Source of the DNA: the human T2T-CHM13v2.0 reference genome, Homo sapiens
Assembly (NCBI RefSeq): GCF_009914755.1
Contig: NC_060927.1
Length of the DNA stretch: 64,000 bases
Reading direction: 5' to 3' (one strand)
Part shown: piece by piece, positions 21,895-44,188 of the stretch
Numbering within the stretch: the stretch's first letter is position 1
Layout of the letters: each line of letters starts with the position of its first letter
Program-made: the position numbers and the translations under genes
Notes under the pieces: generated by a model
Database searches by the model: none
Seen by the model: the letters and a program-made list of their open reading frames with translations, nothing else
Told to the model about the DNA's origin: nothing

Positions 21895-22325
21895 TGCTAT
21901 GGTTGGAATGTTTGTCCCTCTGAAACTCATGTTGAAATCGAATCCCCAATGTGGTAGTATTGAGAGGTGGGGCCTTTAAGAGGTGTTGAGTCATGAGGGC
22001 TCAGCCCTCATAAGTAGATCAATCCACTCATGGATTAATAGATTAATAGGTTAATGGATTCATGGGTCATCATGGGAATGGGACTGGTGGCTTTATAAGA
22101 AGAGGGAGAGAGATCTGAGCTAGGACACTCAGCCCCCTCACCATGTGATGCCCTGTGCCCCCTCAGGACTCTGCAGAGTCCCCACCAGCAAGAAGGCCCT
22201 CACCAGATATAGCCCCTCCACCTTGAACTTCTTGGCCTCCATAACTGTAGGAAATAAATGCTTTTCTTTATAAATTACTCAGTTTCAGGTATTCTGTTAC
22301 AAGCAACAGAAAACAGACTAAGACC
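21895..22325. mobile_element. MaLR MST/MLT1A-like solo LTR
   Basis: tgctatggttggaatgtttgtccc...caggtattctgttacaagcaacagaaaacagactaagac. Confidence 0.8.
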
Positions 22326-22689
22326 ATCCTTGCCATAGGACACAAAGCCTGGAGCATAGAACATATCCAAGCAATGTTTGCTGAATGAAGAAAAGAGTGA
22401 CTGAACAGTGTATCCTCTTCTCAGTCACAGGAAGGCTTTTTTTCCGTATAAAATGAAGTTCTAATAAATTATATATTTATATTGTCAAATAGGAATAATA
22501 AATGTACATGCCACATAAAGTTGGCATAAAGATTAAATGAGTTACCACAGTGAAAACACCAATAATATGCTAAGCGTGCAAAACATGAAGGTACTGGAGT
22601 AAGACAAAGAAAAAAACTATCATTTACACATTGCTCTATAAAAGTGGCCAGAATATAGAAGGCATTGCAGCTACCAAGCAATCCAATGA

Positions 22690-23917
<1,228 letters not shown>

Positions 23918-23961
23918 CTGAAGCTTTTATAAATCTTCTCAAGACATCTGTAACAACCTAC

Positions 23962-24022
23962 CTGGGTCGGAGGAGCGGAGAAGAATAGACTCTTTCTCTA
24001 GCAGCCAAGCAGGTAATCCTCC
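23962..24022 (-). CDS. GLB1: GLB1 exon 4 (GGLPAWLLEKESILLRSSDP)
   Basis: 61 nt; tag|GGA acceptor; CAG|GTAGGT donor; GGLPAWL motif. Confidence 0.96.
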
Positions 24023-24551
24023 CTAGTTCAGGGAAAACAAGCCATTATAATGTCTGTTCCGTGAAGGGTGCTCAGAGGAGATAGAAATTACTATTAGTAG
24101 TTATGGAAAAGAATAAAAGCTTCAAGGGACAAGGGGTATTTGAGCTGGGCTTTTTGGTTTATAACTTGCAGAGAAATTAGAAATTGGAATGTAGGACAAT
24201 TAAGATCACTCTGCATGAATGCAATGTTTTAAGGACCAAAGCCCTTTTCATAAAGATTTTTCAATTTAATTTCACAAATACCCTGTGACGTAGATAGAGA
24301 AGACACCATTAACTGCTTCTTACAGATGAGCAAGCTGAGGTATGTGAGTGACCACCAAGAGGAGAGCCCATGCCCTGACCCTGGCCTGTTTCTCTGCCTG
24401 GGCACCTTGTCAAGGTAAAAGACACCTGTTCTGGGTACAGTCCCAGGCCCCATGCTCTCTGGAATGCAGGTCTGCTTTAATTCCCTTTGCCCCAGAGCTG
24501 CTGCCTGCCAGCTCACACACACCAGGTAGAGCCCAGTCTAGCCACACTCAC

Positions 24552-24702
24552 CATTTCCCACTCTGCACAGATGTAGGGCCCGGGCCTCAGGATAACCAGC
24601 AGTCCCAGCTCATGAGCCAGCCGAAGAAAATATTCCACATCATGGTCCTCAGAAAACTGGTACTGTCCTGGCCAGGGCTCATGAAAGTTCCAGGGCACAT
24701 AC
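24552..24702 (-). CDS. GLB1: GLB1 exon 3 ([50 protein letters not shown])
   Basis: 151 nt; cag|G acceptor; ATG|GTGAGT donor; GH35 signatures YVPWNFHEP and [10 protein letters not shown]. Confidence 0.97.
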
Positions 24703-24839
24703 CTGCCAAGACACACACAGCCCCTTCCTGGATACTTGGCAGAGTCAAGAAGAAAGAAGCATGGGGAAAGGGCCTCATTAGGACTATTGCTAACACATGG
24801 ATAAGAGGGAGAAGGCGCTTTGAAAGAAAAATTATCCAA

Positions 24840-25130
24840 GGCTGGGCACAGTGGCTCAGGCCTCTAATCCCAGCACTCTGGGAAGTCACGGTGGGCGGAT
24901 GGCTTGAGCCCAGGAGTTTGACACCAGCCTGGAAAACATGGTGAAACCCCGTCTCTACAAAAAACACAAAAAAATTAGCCAGGGTGTATGCCTGTGGTCC
25001 CAGTTACCCTGGAGGCTTGAGGTGGAGGTTTGCTTAAGCTAGGGAGGTTGAAGCTGCAGTGAGCTGTGATTGTGCCACTGCACTCCAAACTGGATGACAG
25101 AGTGAGACCCTGTGTCAAAATAAAGAAAGA
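24840..25130 (+). repeat. Alu in intron 2, next to exon 3
   Basis: ggctgggcacagtggctcaggcctctaatcccagcac...gagaccctgtgtcaaaa. Confidence 0.9.
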
Positions 25131-25552
25131 AAAGAAAAGAAAAATTATCCAGAATTTGGATATAAGGCAAAAGGGTGACTGCATTTCCTTTCCATGTTAT
25201 AATGGAGGACTGTCCAATGGGCCCACTGAGGCTTCCTTCATTCTCCAGGGGAGATATTTTGTTTGACTTACTATTTACTATTGATTAAGGGAAGAACTTT
25301 GAAGTTACAGATTAATTTGTAGATTATTGCCTGAGAGAGAAACAAATGATTGTCATACAGAGAAGACAACTCTAAAGGTTGCTTTTTCATTCATTGCCCT
25401 TTATGATACTAACCAGTTTTATCTCTAAAGATAACTTTATTTGAACATGACTTTCTTGACTGACCGTAAACCTCCCTTCCTCAAATTCTCCTTTGAATTA
25501 GCTTTACCATCTAGCTAGTTTCCTCAGTAATAAGTTAAATAAATTTTTAAAA

Positions 25553-25930
25553 ACTTTTATTTTAGGTTCAGGGGTACATGTGCAGGTTTGTTATACAGGT
25601 AAATTGCGTGTCATGGGGGTTTGGTGTACAGATTATTTAGTCACCCAGATAATCTGCCTAGTACACGATAGGGGAACTCACCCTCCTCCCACCCTCCACC
25701 CTCAAGTAGGCCCCATTGTCTGTTGTTCCCTTCTTTGTGTCCATATGTACTCGATGTTTAGCTACCACTTATAAGTGAGAACATGTGGTATTTGGTTTTC
25801 TGTCCCTGTGTTTGCTCAGGATAATAGCCTCCAGCTGCATCCAGTTTGCTGTAAAGGACATGATCTCATTCTTTTTTGTGATTTTTGTAGTATTCCATGG
25901 TGTATATGTACCACATTTTCTTTATCCAGT
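25553..25930 (-). mobile_element. L1PA-type 3' end fragment
   Basis: ttaggttcaggggtacatgtgcaggtttgttatacagg...cacttataagtgagaacatgtggtatttgg. Confidence 0.8.
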
Positions 25931-27303
25931 TAAATAAATTTCTGACATATGTCCATTATATACTTGTTTGTAAGTCAGGTTTTTAGCTTTTTGTAATTAT
26001 ATTTTGCATAAATAATTGAATTGAGGTGCTCTGTGGAAGGGGAAAGAGCTCAAAAATCCAGTATCCTACATAAATTTCTAAACTGTCTATAGAGAAAGAT
26101 ATGGTGTAGAACCATAAACCACAGGACACATAGACCTTCCCGCTTGGCAGCCTCTTGGGAGGGGCCTTGTTATGAATTTTTACAGCAGCTCCCCAAGCTA
26201 GTCAGACTTCATGGGGACACTTCTTAAAATCAACAACAACAACAGAAAACTCCAGAGTTATATCAGCACTAATTCCTATTACATAAAAATTATAGCTGGG
26301 CACAGTAGCTCTCTTCTGTAATCCCTGCACTCTGGGAGGCCAAAGCAGTAGGATCGCTTGAGTCCAGGAGTTGAAGACCACCATGGGAAACATAGTGAGA
26401 CCTCATCTCTAAAAACAAAGCAAAACAAAAAAATTAGCTGGTGTGGTAGCAGTGCCTGTAATCCCAACTACTCAGGAGGCTGAGGTGGGAGGATCACCTG
26501 AGCCCACTTTAAGGTTTCAGTGAACTATGATTGAGCCACTACATTCCAGCCAGGTGACAGAGCAAGACCCCAGCTCTAAAAAATTGTTTTAATAAATAAA
26601 AATAAAAATTATATATGTCCATGTGAGGCTTAGGAAAAATAAGAATATTTTGCTGAAAAGTAGTAAGAGACATATTTATTTTTTGAAGAAATAATTTTTA
26701 GTACGTGTAGGAAAAACTCCAAGCCCTAGATCCTCTGACAAAAGATTTTGTCAGGAATCATGTGGCAGGAGGTAAAATGACAAAACCTTCTACCAGCTCC
26801 TCTGTCTACCTACAGACAGCATGGGATACAAAGTTAAATATGGAGCCATCCATTACCATCACAAAGCTCTCTTTGAAGACCCTGGGTTGTGTCATTTTGC
26901 GTGTGTGTGATCCCATGATTTCAGGGTTCCCTGGAACAGTCTTGGTCTTCCAGAACTCACTGTCGGAATTATAAACAGGTGAACTTGGGTTCACTCTGCC
27001 AGTGGCCTTAGAACCAGAATAATGAGCGCATTCTCCCTAAGTATCTATCTTCGGAATCTGCCTCTGGGTTTTCTCACTCTTCATCTTTGAGAAGTTATCA
27101 GCAATCCACATCAGCACTGCAAGAGCCAGAGCAGCCAGCCACACCAACTTTCTTGCCTGTTAGTTAGTTACTTTGCAATAGCAAAAGAGATGCAGAGAGA
27201 TAGCTATTGGGATAATTCTACACCCTGAAGTTATACAATTACCGCAGCAGAACCACAAAGCCAAACTGGGTTTCAGAAATCTACCTAAGCACAAGGCTTA
27301 TTC

Positions 27304-27830
27304 TGTTATTGGGGCTCAGAAAACAATACCCCAAAGTATGGCACCTTGGCATGCTAAGTACTTTGAACTAAAGGAGATCGGAAGGCCTTAGAAGCAAATC
27401 TTCTTTCTCTGGCCTTCTCCTGCTCTTCTGTTGCCCACCCCTCCTTCTCCCCTGAAGCAAGTCAAACCAGAATTCATCTTCCCCCAGTGTGGGTCATAGA
27501 AATTAGAACCCCTCTCTCCCAAAGCAAGCCAGAAAACCTAGAAAGGTCACCTCTCCCTTCTCCCTTCTAGACCCTCATTGCAGAGGGGTCCTGCTCCATA
27601 CCCAGAAGGAAGGAATGCCACCCAGAAAGGCCAAGAAGAATCTGTTGAGGCAGGCCTTGAGGGTTTCCCACTTCAGTCCACCACCATTAGGTCAGAACCT
27701 TTCATGGAATCTAAGTGTAAAAAGTTTTCCTTGGGTCTTCTTTTCTGAAGACTCTCATGTCAGATAAAACTTACATATCTGTTATGCTTTTCTCCTGTTA
27801 ACCTAGCTTTTTGTATGACTACAGCCATAC
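27304..27830. mobile_element. ERV1-class LTR (MER34/MER39-like)
   Basis: ggggctcagaaaacaataccccaaagtatggcaccttggcatgctaagtactttgaactaaag. Confidence 0.55.
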
Positions 27831-28274
27831 CTGTGCTACAGCTGCCTGCATGCCTTCCCTTCCCTTCAAATACTAGCTGAACCTCTGACCAAAGATATGG
27901 CCTTGGGCAAATTTCAGTTTCACCAGCTATAAACAGGAACAATAATACCTATCTCGAGGAAATGGAATCATTAGTATAAAGTGCCCTGTATCTGGTAAGT
28001 GCTCAATCATTGTTACTTCTGTTTGCTTCCCCCATCCTTTTCCTTTTTAAGCTATTTATTTAATGATTTCTGATGATTAAAATTGAAGATTGGAAGAAGT
28101 AGTTAATTATTTGAAAAAGGGCCAGTCCGGCTCATGACAAGCCCCTCCCAGAACATCACACTGGACCATTTCCCATTTCTGAGCAATAAAATAGCCACCC
28201 TGAGAAATACAGTTGTATCTTCTCTCCAGAGTGGGTGTTCAGGCCTAGGTGAGAGCCACATGCCCTCCTACTTA

Positions 28275-28445
<171 letters not shown>

Positions 28446-29097
28446 CTACAGAGCAAGGATGGGGTCACATGAGAACTTCCACCTTCTGCATTTCAGAAGC
28501 CGATCCTTTGAGAGTAGCAAGTGACTCTCTGCCTATTGAATTTGTATAATGTGCTGATGGACTTAATGCTTGTTTTCTGAGCTATCATACAAACCATTGC
28601 TAAGCCAGGTCCACCAGGGGTACTCAGGTAAGAGAAATCATCTAAGAGGATCCACATGCAGGATTCCATAAGGCTTAGCTTCTAGAGGCCAGCACTGAGC
28701 TGACAATCAGTGGCTGAGATGATATTCCACTGTGCTGTTCATGGGGCTGGGGAACATCACACACACACACGCATGCACGCACACACGCCATTGTTGCTGT
28801 GACCTGCCTGAGCACTGGATGCACCTCAACAACAATGTCACTGGGATAACCAAGACCCATTAACAAAATTCTAAGTGTAAAATACAGGGCAAAAAGCAAT
28901 GGATTAAAACTCCAGAGCCTGACGCCCCATCCTAGATATTGCTCTGAATCCCATAGTGACCTGGATAAGTCCCATCTCTAACCGTACCTCTCTTCATCCA
29001 TAACTATCCAGGGTATTAGACTAAAAGAACTTTAAGGCATTTAAGGCAATATTTGTAAAATTGTGGGCCATGACCTGATTTGTGAATAATAAACTCA

Positions 29098-30045
<948 letters not shown>

Positions 30046-30049
30046 GAAC

Positions 30050-30130
30050 GAGAAAGAAGGAAGGAAGGAAGGAAAGAAGGAAGGAAGGAAGGAAGGAAGG
30101 AAGGAAGGAAGGAAGGAAGGAAGGAAGGAA

Positions 30131-30196
<66 letters not shown>
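30050..30196 (+). repeat. Compound (GGAA)n(GAAA)n microsatellite in an Alu tail
   Basis: About 145-bp pure-purine tract. Confidence 0.95.
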
Positions 30197-30426
30197 ATAT
30201 TACACATAGTAAAGTATTACTTTATAAAACTTTTGTTATATATACATATGTGGAGTTGTATATGTACGCATGTATATTTGGTTGCAATGTAAGATTTATT
30301 TCTACCAAGCACGATTTTAAGAAACACTGTTTTGGGGTCACTTCAGGAGCTAAAATGTTAGGATTTTGAAAGGCAAGACCTCAACGGGTGGTGGGGGTGG
30401 GGGTTCGACTGTTAAGCCGAGTGGAA

Positions 30427-30443
30427 CACTGCCCTCTGGTGGA
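30427..30443 (-). promoter_or_regulatory. Candidate CTCF site TCCACCAGAGGGCAGTG
   Basis: Near-consensus CTCF core CCACCAGAGGGCAG in non-Alu sequence of intron 1. Confidence 0.55.
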
Positions 30444-31516
30444 TAAGGCAGCAACAGGCCACAGGAGCCAAGAGAACCAGGGTTTTAAGAAGCCAACTAA
30501 CTAGTGCTTTCCATTATGGGTCAGATTCCTTGTGCATCTTTAGGCTTTCAAAGGTCACAATACTAGCTCTAGTCACAGTAGCATCATAGTCCATGGTGGC
30601 TTTGGGGGTTGCCCTTGAAGCTGTATTTGGAAGCAACTGTGGCAGCATGAGTCCTAGATCACACATGCCTGAAATCCAACTGGCGAGCGGAAGTTAAACA
30701 ACTCAGAGAAGAATTCATAGGGGCAAATGGAGAGCTTCACTGTAAGTGAATTACATCTCAATAAAGCTAAATAAACACAAACAACTAAGAATCATTTTTA
30801 AAAGGGCAAGTGTCAATTTAACATCACTTTATTCTTCTAGTAAATAAGGTTTTAATTTCTGTTCAAAGGAAAAGTCCCCTAAACTCACAAAAATAGAAAA
30901 ATTATTTCTTACACCAGGTGTCTCAATGGATGCTCTTGAAAACATTCTCATAGTATATACATGGCTAAGTGTCAAATAAGTGTTCCTCACAAGTTTCCTA
31001 AGTTCAAAGGTGGCCCATGAGGTGGGAACATTCATTAGACAGGTAGAAAGGAGGCCAAGCAACTACTGGCAGAATTCGGAAAAGGGTAGAGCTGTTTGAA
31101 ATCCACCTGTCTAAGTGAAAAAGTTCAGAGGAGCAGGAGATAAGGCTGGGAAAAAATGATGGTGGGAGACAATGGAATCTGGCCTTTGTCCCATACATGG
31201 TGGGACACTGTCTCTACCCTCCAATGACCTCAGTCTAGTCTAAATATCTCCCTACCATCCATTTACAAATATAGTATTACCAAGCACCTCTTACGTGCTG
31301 AGTAATCACAGACAAGAACCACACAGATGTGGCCACAACCCATATGGAGCTTCCATCTAGCCTAGAAGAAACCCAAGGGTTAACACAGTGAGGTCGAGGC
31401 GGTAAAGTAAGGGTTAGAGCAGAATGCTGCAGCAGAAATAAATGGCAGGGAACCCAGGCATGGCAGGGTTGAGGGGAGGGGCAAGGGCAAGTTTCTCAAA
31501 GGAAGAAACACCCCAA

Positions 31517-31968
<452 letters not shown>

Positions 31969-32868
31969 GCCTGAGCCAAGGCCTAGGATAAAGCGAAGTT
32001 AGCCATGGGGGAAGGTGACACAGATGGAGAAAACTGCGTGTGAGGCCTGGGGGAGGGAGGGCAGGACTACAGGCCAGGAGCCACAGAGCCTCAATATAGT
32101 TGAAACATGGCAGCTGCTGAGGCAGAGGAGGAGGCCAGGGCCAGATCGAATGAGCCCTGAAGTCCAGATTCAAGGGCCCGGATTTTATGCTGAGAGCCAT
32201 GGAGAGCAACTGAAATGAAAGAATGATAGGACCAGATATGTGTTTTCAAATGTTTGGCTTTTTCCTGAATGGGCAAAAAAGGCAGAAGAGATGTGGCTAT
32301 GGCCCACGGTGGTGACAATGAGGTGGGCAGGAGGCAGAAGGAGGACATTCCAGGATGGTGGCCAGTTAGATGTGAGGCACAGGCGCGAACCTGAAGAGGC
32401 TCCCACTGTTCTTGGGGAGAAATCTGAGTGTCAAAATGAGAGACAGAGAGAGCGAGCATGTGAGAGACTTAAGAGATATATCAATTTAAAAAATATGACT
32501 ACGTGTATATTAACACCTATCAGTTCATCGTAATTTACAGGGAGAAAAAATTCATTGGTCACTTTTGGAGACTGCTAGAGTACCAACTCATTACTATGAA
32601 AAGTGATAAATACAGAGAAAGAGTCAAGCAGTTTACTTCCCCTTCACATAAAAACTGTATTTCAGGGTTATCAAAACATTGACAATGGAAAATTCTCCAC
32701 TGGATCCCAGTTAATTAAATACAGAAGGGCCCGGACACAATGGCTCATGCCTGTAATCCCAGCAATTTGGGAGGCCAAGGCAGGAGAATTGCTAGAGCCC
32801 AGGAGTTCAAGACCAGTCTGGGGAACATGGCGAGACCCTGTCTCTATAAAAAAAAAAATTAAAATTAG

Positions 32869-33878
32869 TGTCTCCCTCACCCACTGCTGCCGCCTCCTTC
32901 TTCTCCCACTCCTGTTGCTGCTTGCGTGCTCATTCGGTGCAGTCTTGGTACCTCTTTTGTGAAGCGGCAGCTGAGACTTAGGCGCTTGCCGTGGCAGATG
33001 AAAAGCCCAAGGAAGGAATCGAGACTGAGAACAAAGATCATATTAATTTGAAGGTGGCAGGGCAGGAGGGTTCTGTGGTGCAGTTTAGGATTAAGAGGCA
33101 TACACCACTTAGTAAACTAATGAAAGCCTGTTGTGAACGATAGGGATGGTCAATGAGACAGATCAGATTCCAATTTGACAGGCAACCAATCAATGAAAGA
33201 GACACACCTGCTCAGTTGGAAATGGAGGATGAAGATACAACCGATATGTTCCAACAGCAGTCAGGGGGTGTCTACTAAAAAGGGAACCTCCCACTTCACT
33301 CCAGAACTCTGTTCTTTACAGACCAAGATCACATTCTCAATTAGAAAACTGCAATTTGGTTCCACCACATCCTGACTACTACAGTATAGTTTTCTCTATT
33401 CTTTCATTTCCCCCTTCCCCATTCCTTTATTGTACATAAAGTAACTGGTAAATGTGCACAAGTATATTACTTTTTTTTTTTTAACTAAACAGCCAATGGT
33501 ACGTTTTGATTGATATCAAGTGGAGATGAGATGGGGAAAAATACCGATTCTGTAAAAATACTCCCTTTTCTTCATTAGTGGCATGCTCATTCAGCTCTTA
33601 TCTTTATATTTCAGTAAGTTATTTTGCTGTTTTAACAAAAAAAAAACATAAAAATCCTTGCATACTTTATTCAATTGTAGAATGTTAATGTTTTTCATTT
33701 ATCATTGTAAAACCAAGGACAATTTTATAACTTTGTTGTACATAGTTGTTAAATGTAGGGCAATTTGTCTTTAAGTAGGGATAAATTAGTCTAAAAAAAA
33801 AAAGGAATCCTAGATAGTTTTTCCTTCAAGTCAAGAAGCTTGTTGTTTAAACTTCTTGTTTAAAATAAATAAACAAAC
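32869..33878 (+). pseudogene. SUMO2P10: Processed SUMO2 pseudogene (5'UTR, CDS remnant 32991-33278, 3'UTR, degenerate A-tail)
   Basis: Intronless (V)[49 protein letters not shown]...QQQSGGVY*; start codon mutated to GTG; premature TAG at 33141-33143; aaaattag duplication at 32861-32868 and 33879-33886. The pseudogene number is from memory. Confidence 0.93.
32881..33024 (-). CDS. GLB1: Candidate alternative in-frame GLB1 cassette exon (48 aa) between exons 1 and 2, antisense to the SUMO2 retrocopy
   Basis: Acceptor tgatctttgttctcag|TCT; donor TGG|GTGAGG; 144 nt, phase 0/0, no stop: [48 protein letters not shown]. Confidence 0.65.
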
Positions 33879-34624
33879 AAAATTAGCCGGTGTGGTGGCA
33901 GGCACTGGTAGTCTTAGCTACTCAGGAGGCTGAGGCAGGAAGATTGCTCGAGCCCAGGAGGTCAAGGCGATGGTGAGATGTGATAGGGCCACTGCAGTCC
34001 AGCCTGGGTGACAGAGAGGGACCCTGTCTCAAAATAACAATAAATGCAGAAGGAATAAAAGCATCTGAAAACACCTTTTCCCCAACACTTAGTGAAATGG
34101 ATTTAAGCTATAATCATCAATAGATGCTAAAACCATTAGAAACACTGATGGAAATTGTGTGAAGGATTGGGCATATTTTTTGTGCTCCATCTGCTCAATT
34201 TCAGCCTCAATAAAAGTCGAATAGCCAGACATTATGTCTCTCATGTTATGATTTAACACGAAGTACAGTCTCATCTAGAAAGTAGTCCTCATTATTGAAT
34301 CAAAATCACAATTGAACCCGAATCTAATAATACCATAAGGAAGCAATAAGCCAAATCCAAAATGTGGGACATTTTAAAAGTCCAATGATTCAGTTGTTCC
34401 AACAAATCAATGGTATTAAAAGAAAGAAAGGGAGTATTATTTGGAAATGAAAGAACTTCAGAGGAATAATGGCCTAATGATTGCATTAGATCATTATATG
34501 TGATATGATATGTGTAATAAGGTATGGTACAATATTCGTAATATGAAATGATACGATATTCATTAGGTCAGTGTGAACCTGGTTTGGATCCTAATTCTTT
34601 TATTTTTATTACTTTTTATTTACT

Positions 34625-41870
<7,246 letters not shown>

Positions 41871-43073
41871 AAAGTAAAAAATGAAAAATGAAAAGGTCCC
41901 AACTGGCCAAAGATGGGCTATTTTGAGTATTAAAAGATGTAACACTTTGATGAACTAAAAAACATCAGATATATAAAATATCTAAATATCTAAATTCCTA
42001 ACAATATTTCACCCACCCAGAAGAAAAGCTTATTGGTCATTCTTGGAGGTTGCTGTGGTATCAGATCATTATGCTATAAACTAAGGAATCAAGTGAAAGA
42101 ATCTGGTATCTGTCTTGCCTTTGTTATAGGCTTTTTCAGAGTAACCACATAATTAATGAGGAGATTTCTTTGTAAAGGATCCATAGCCAGTAAATGCAGG
42201 AAAAAAAGGGTAGAATTTTACAAATCACTATTCTGCAATCTTTAGTGAAATAATGACATTAGGCAACAATCACCAATGACTGCTGAAACATTAAATGGAA
42301 AGATAATGTGGAATTTTCTAGTGGAGGGATCAAGCTGACAACACCTGGACCAACAGGTCAATCTTAATATCAGTGAAGCAATGAATTCTTCCTACCCAAA
42401 AAGCGAAAAAGTTGAACCTGAATCCAACCAGCCTCTAGCTCTAACCTTTAGAGAGCTTTAGCTCTATGAGCTCACAGAAAATATGAACATGTTAAATGAC
42501 ACCAAAATCTAAAATGTATAAAATTTTAAGACATATGACCCAGATAACTTGAACAAATAAATGATAAAAAATAAGGAAAAGGGGATGTTATAGACTTAAG
42601 GAGACTGAAGAAATACACCACAGGCAAAATATAGACCTATTTTTAGATCCTGTTTCAAACAAAATAACTATAAAAAGACAATTCCATAAGAAGAAAAAAA
42701 TAAACCCAAAGCTAGCAAAAGGAAATAAAATATTAGAGTAGAAATAAACAAAAGAGAATAGAAAGATAGTAGGAAAAAAAAACAGTTGGTTTTTGAAAAA
42801 AAAATCAACAAAATTGAGAAACTTAACTAGATTTAAAAAAAAGAAGATATAAATAAATCAGAAATGAAGAGGGGACATTATAACTGATGACACAGAAATA
42901 AAGAATTGTAAGAGAATAGCATGAACAACTGTATGCCAACAAATTGGATAACCTAGAAGATATGGATAAATTTCTAGACACACCCAGCCCACCAAGACCG
43001 AATCATGAAGAAACAGAAAATCTATACAGACCAATAGCTATTAAAAAGATTGAATCAGTCATCAAAAACCTCA

Positions 43074-43449
<376 letters not shown>

Positions 43450-44145
43450 CTACCAAACATTTAAAGAAGAATTAATACCAATCCTCCTGAAACTATTACA
43501 AAAGTTGAAGAGGAGGAACATTTCTAAATTTATTCTATGAGACCAATATTATCCTAATACCAAAGCCAGACAAATACACTACAAGAAAACTACAGAACAA
43601 TAATATTCCTGGTGAATATTGATGCAAAAATCCTCAACAAAATACTAGCAAACTGAATTCAAACAGTACATTAAAAGGGTTATATACTATGATCAAGTGG
43701 GATTTATTCCTAAAATGCAAGAATGGTTTAACATATAAAAATCAATCAATATAATACACCAAATTAACAGATTGAAGGGCAAAAACCACATGATAATCTA
43801 AATTGAGGCAGAGAAAGCATGACAAGATTCAACACCCTTTCATGATTAAAAAAACCAACAACTCAACAAATGCAAAATAGAAGAAAACTACCTCCACATC
43901 ATAAAGCCCACATGTGAAGAGCCCATAGCTAACATCATATTCAATAGTGAAAGACTGCAAGCTTTTCCTCTAAGATCAGGAAAAAGGCAAGATGTCTGTT
44001 TTTGCCACTTCTACTCAACATAGTTTTGGAAGTCCTAGTCAGAGCAACTAGGCAAGAAAGAAATAAAAGGCATTCAAATTAGAAAGGAGAAGTAAAATGA
44101 TCGATTCACAGATGATATAATCTCAGATGTAGGAAACCCTAAAGA

Positions 44146-44147
<2 letters not shown>

Positions 44148-44184
<37 letters not shown>
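44148..44184 (+). repeat. (CA)n microsatellite within the L1
   Basis: About 18 AC units. Confidence 0.95.

Positions 44185-44188
<4 letters not shown>

Noticed and set aside
24348-24944. 198-aa + strand ORF across exon 3
   Set aside because: Antisense shadow of the exon running into an Alu; non-ATG start.
32877-33116. 74-aa minus [12 protein letters not shown]... and alternative 156/165-nt cassettes ending at the donor at 32952
   Set aside because: The acceptors have poor pyrimidine tracts and the GTACCA donor is weak. The 33024-32881 exon has clearly better sites.
32991-33278. Possible functional SUMO paralogue (di-Gly GGVY end retained)
   Set aside because: The start codon is GTG and there is an in-frame TAG at codon 51.
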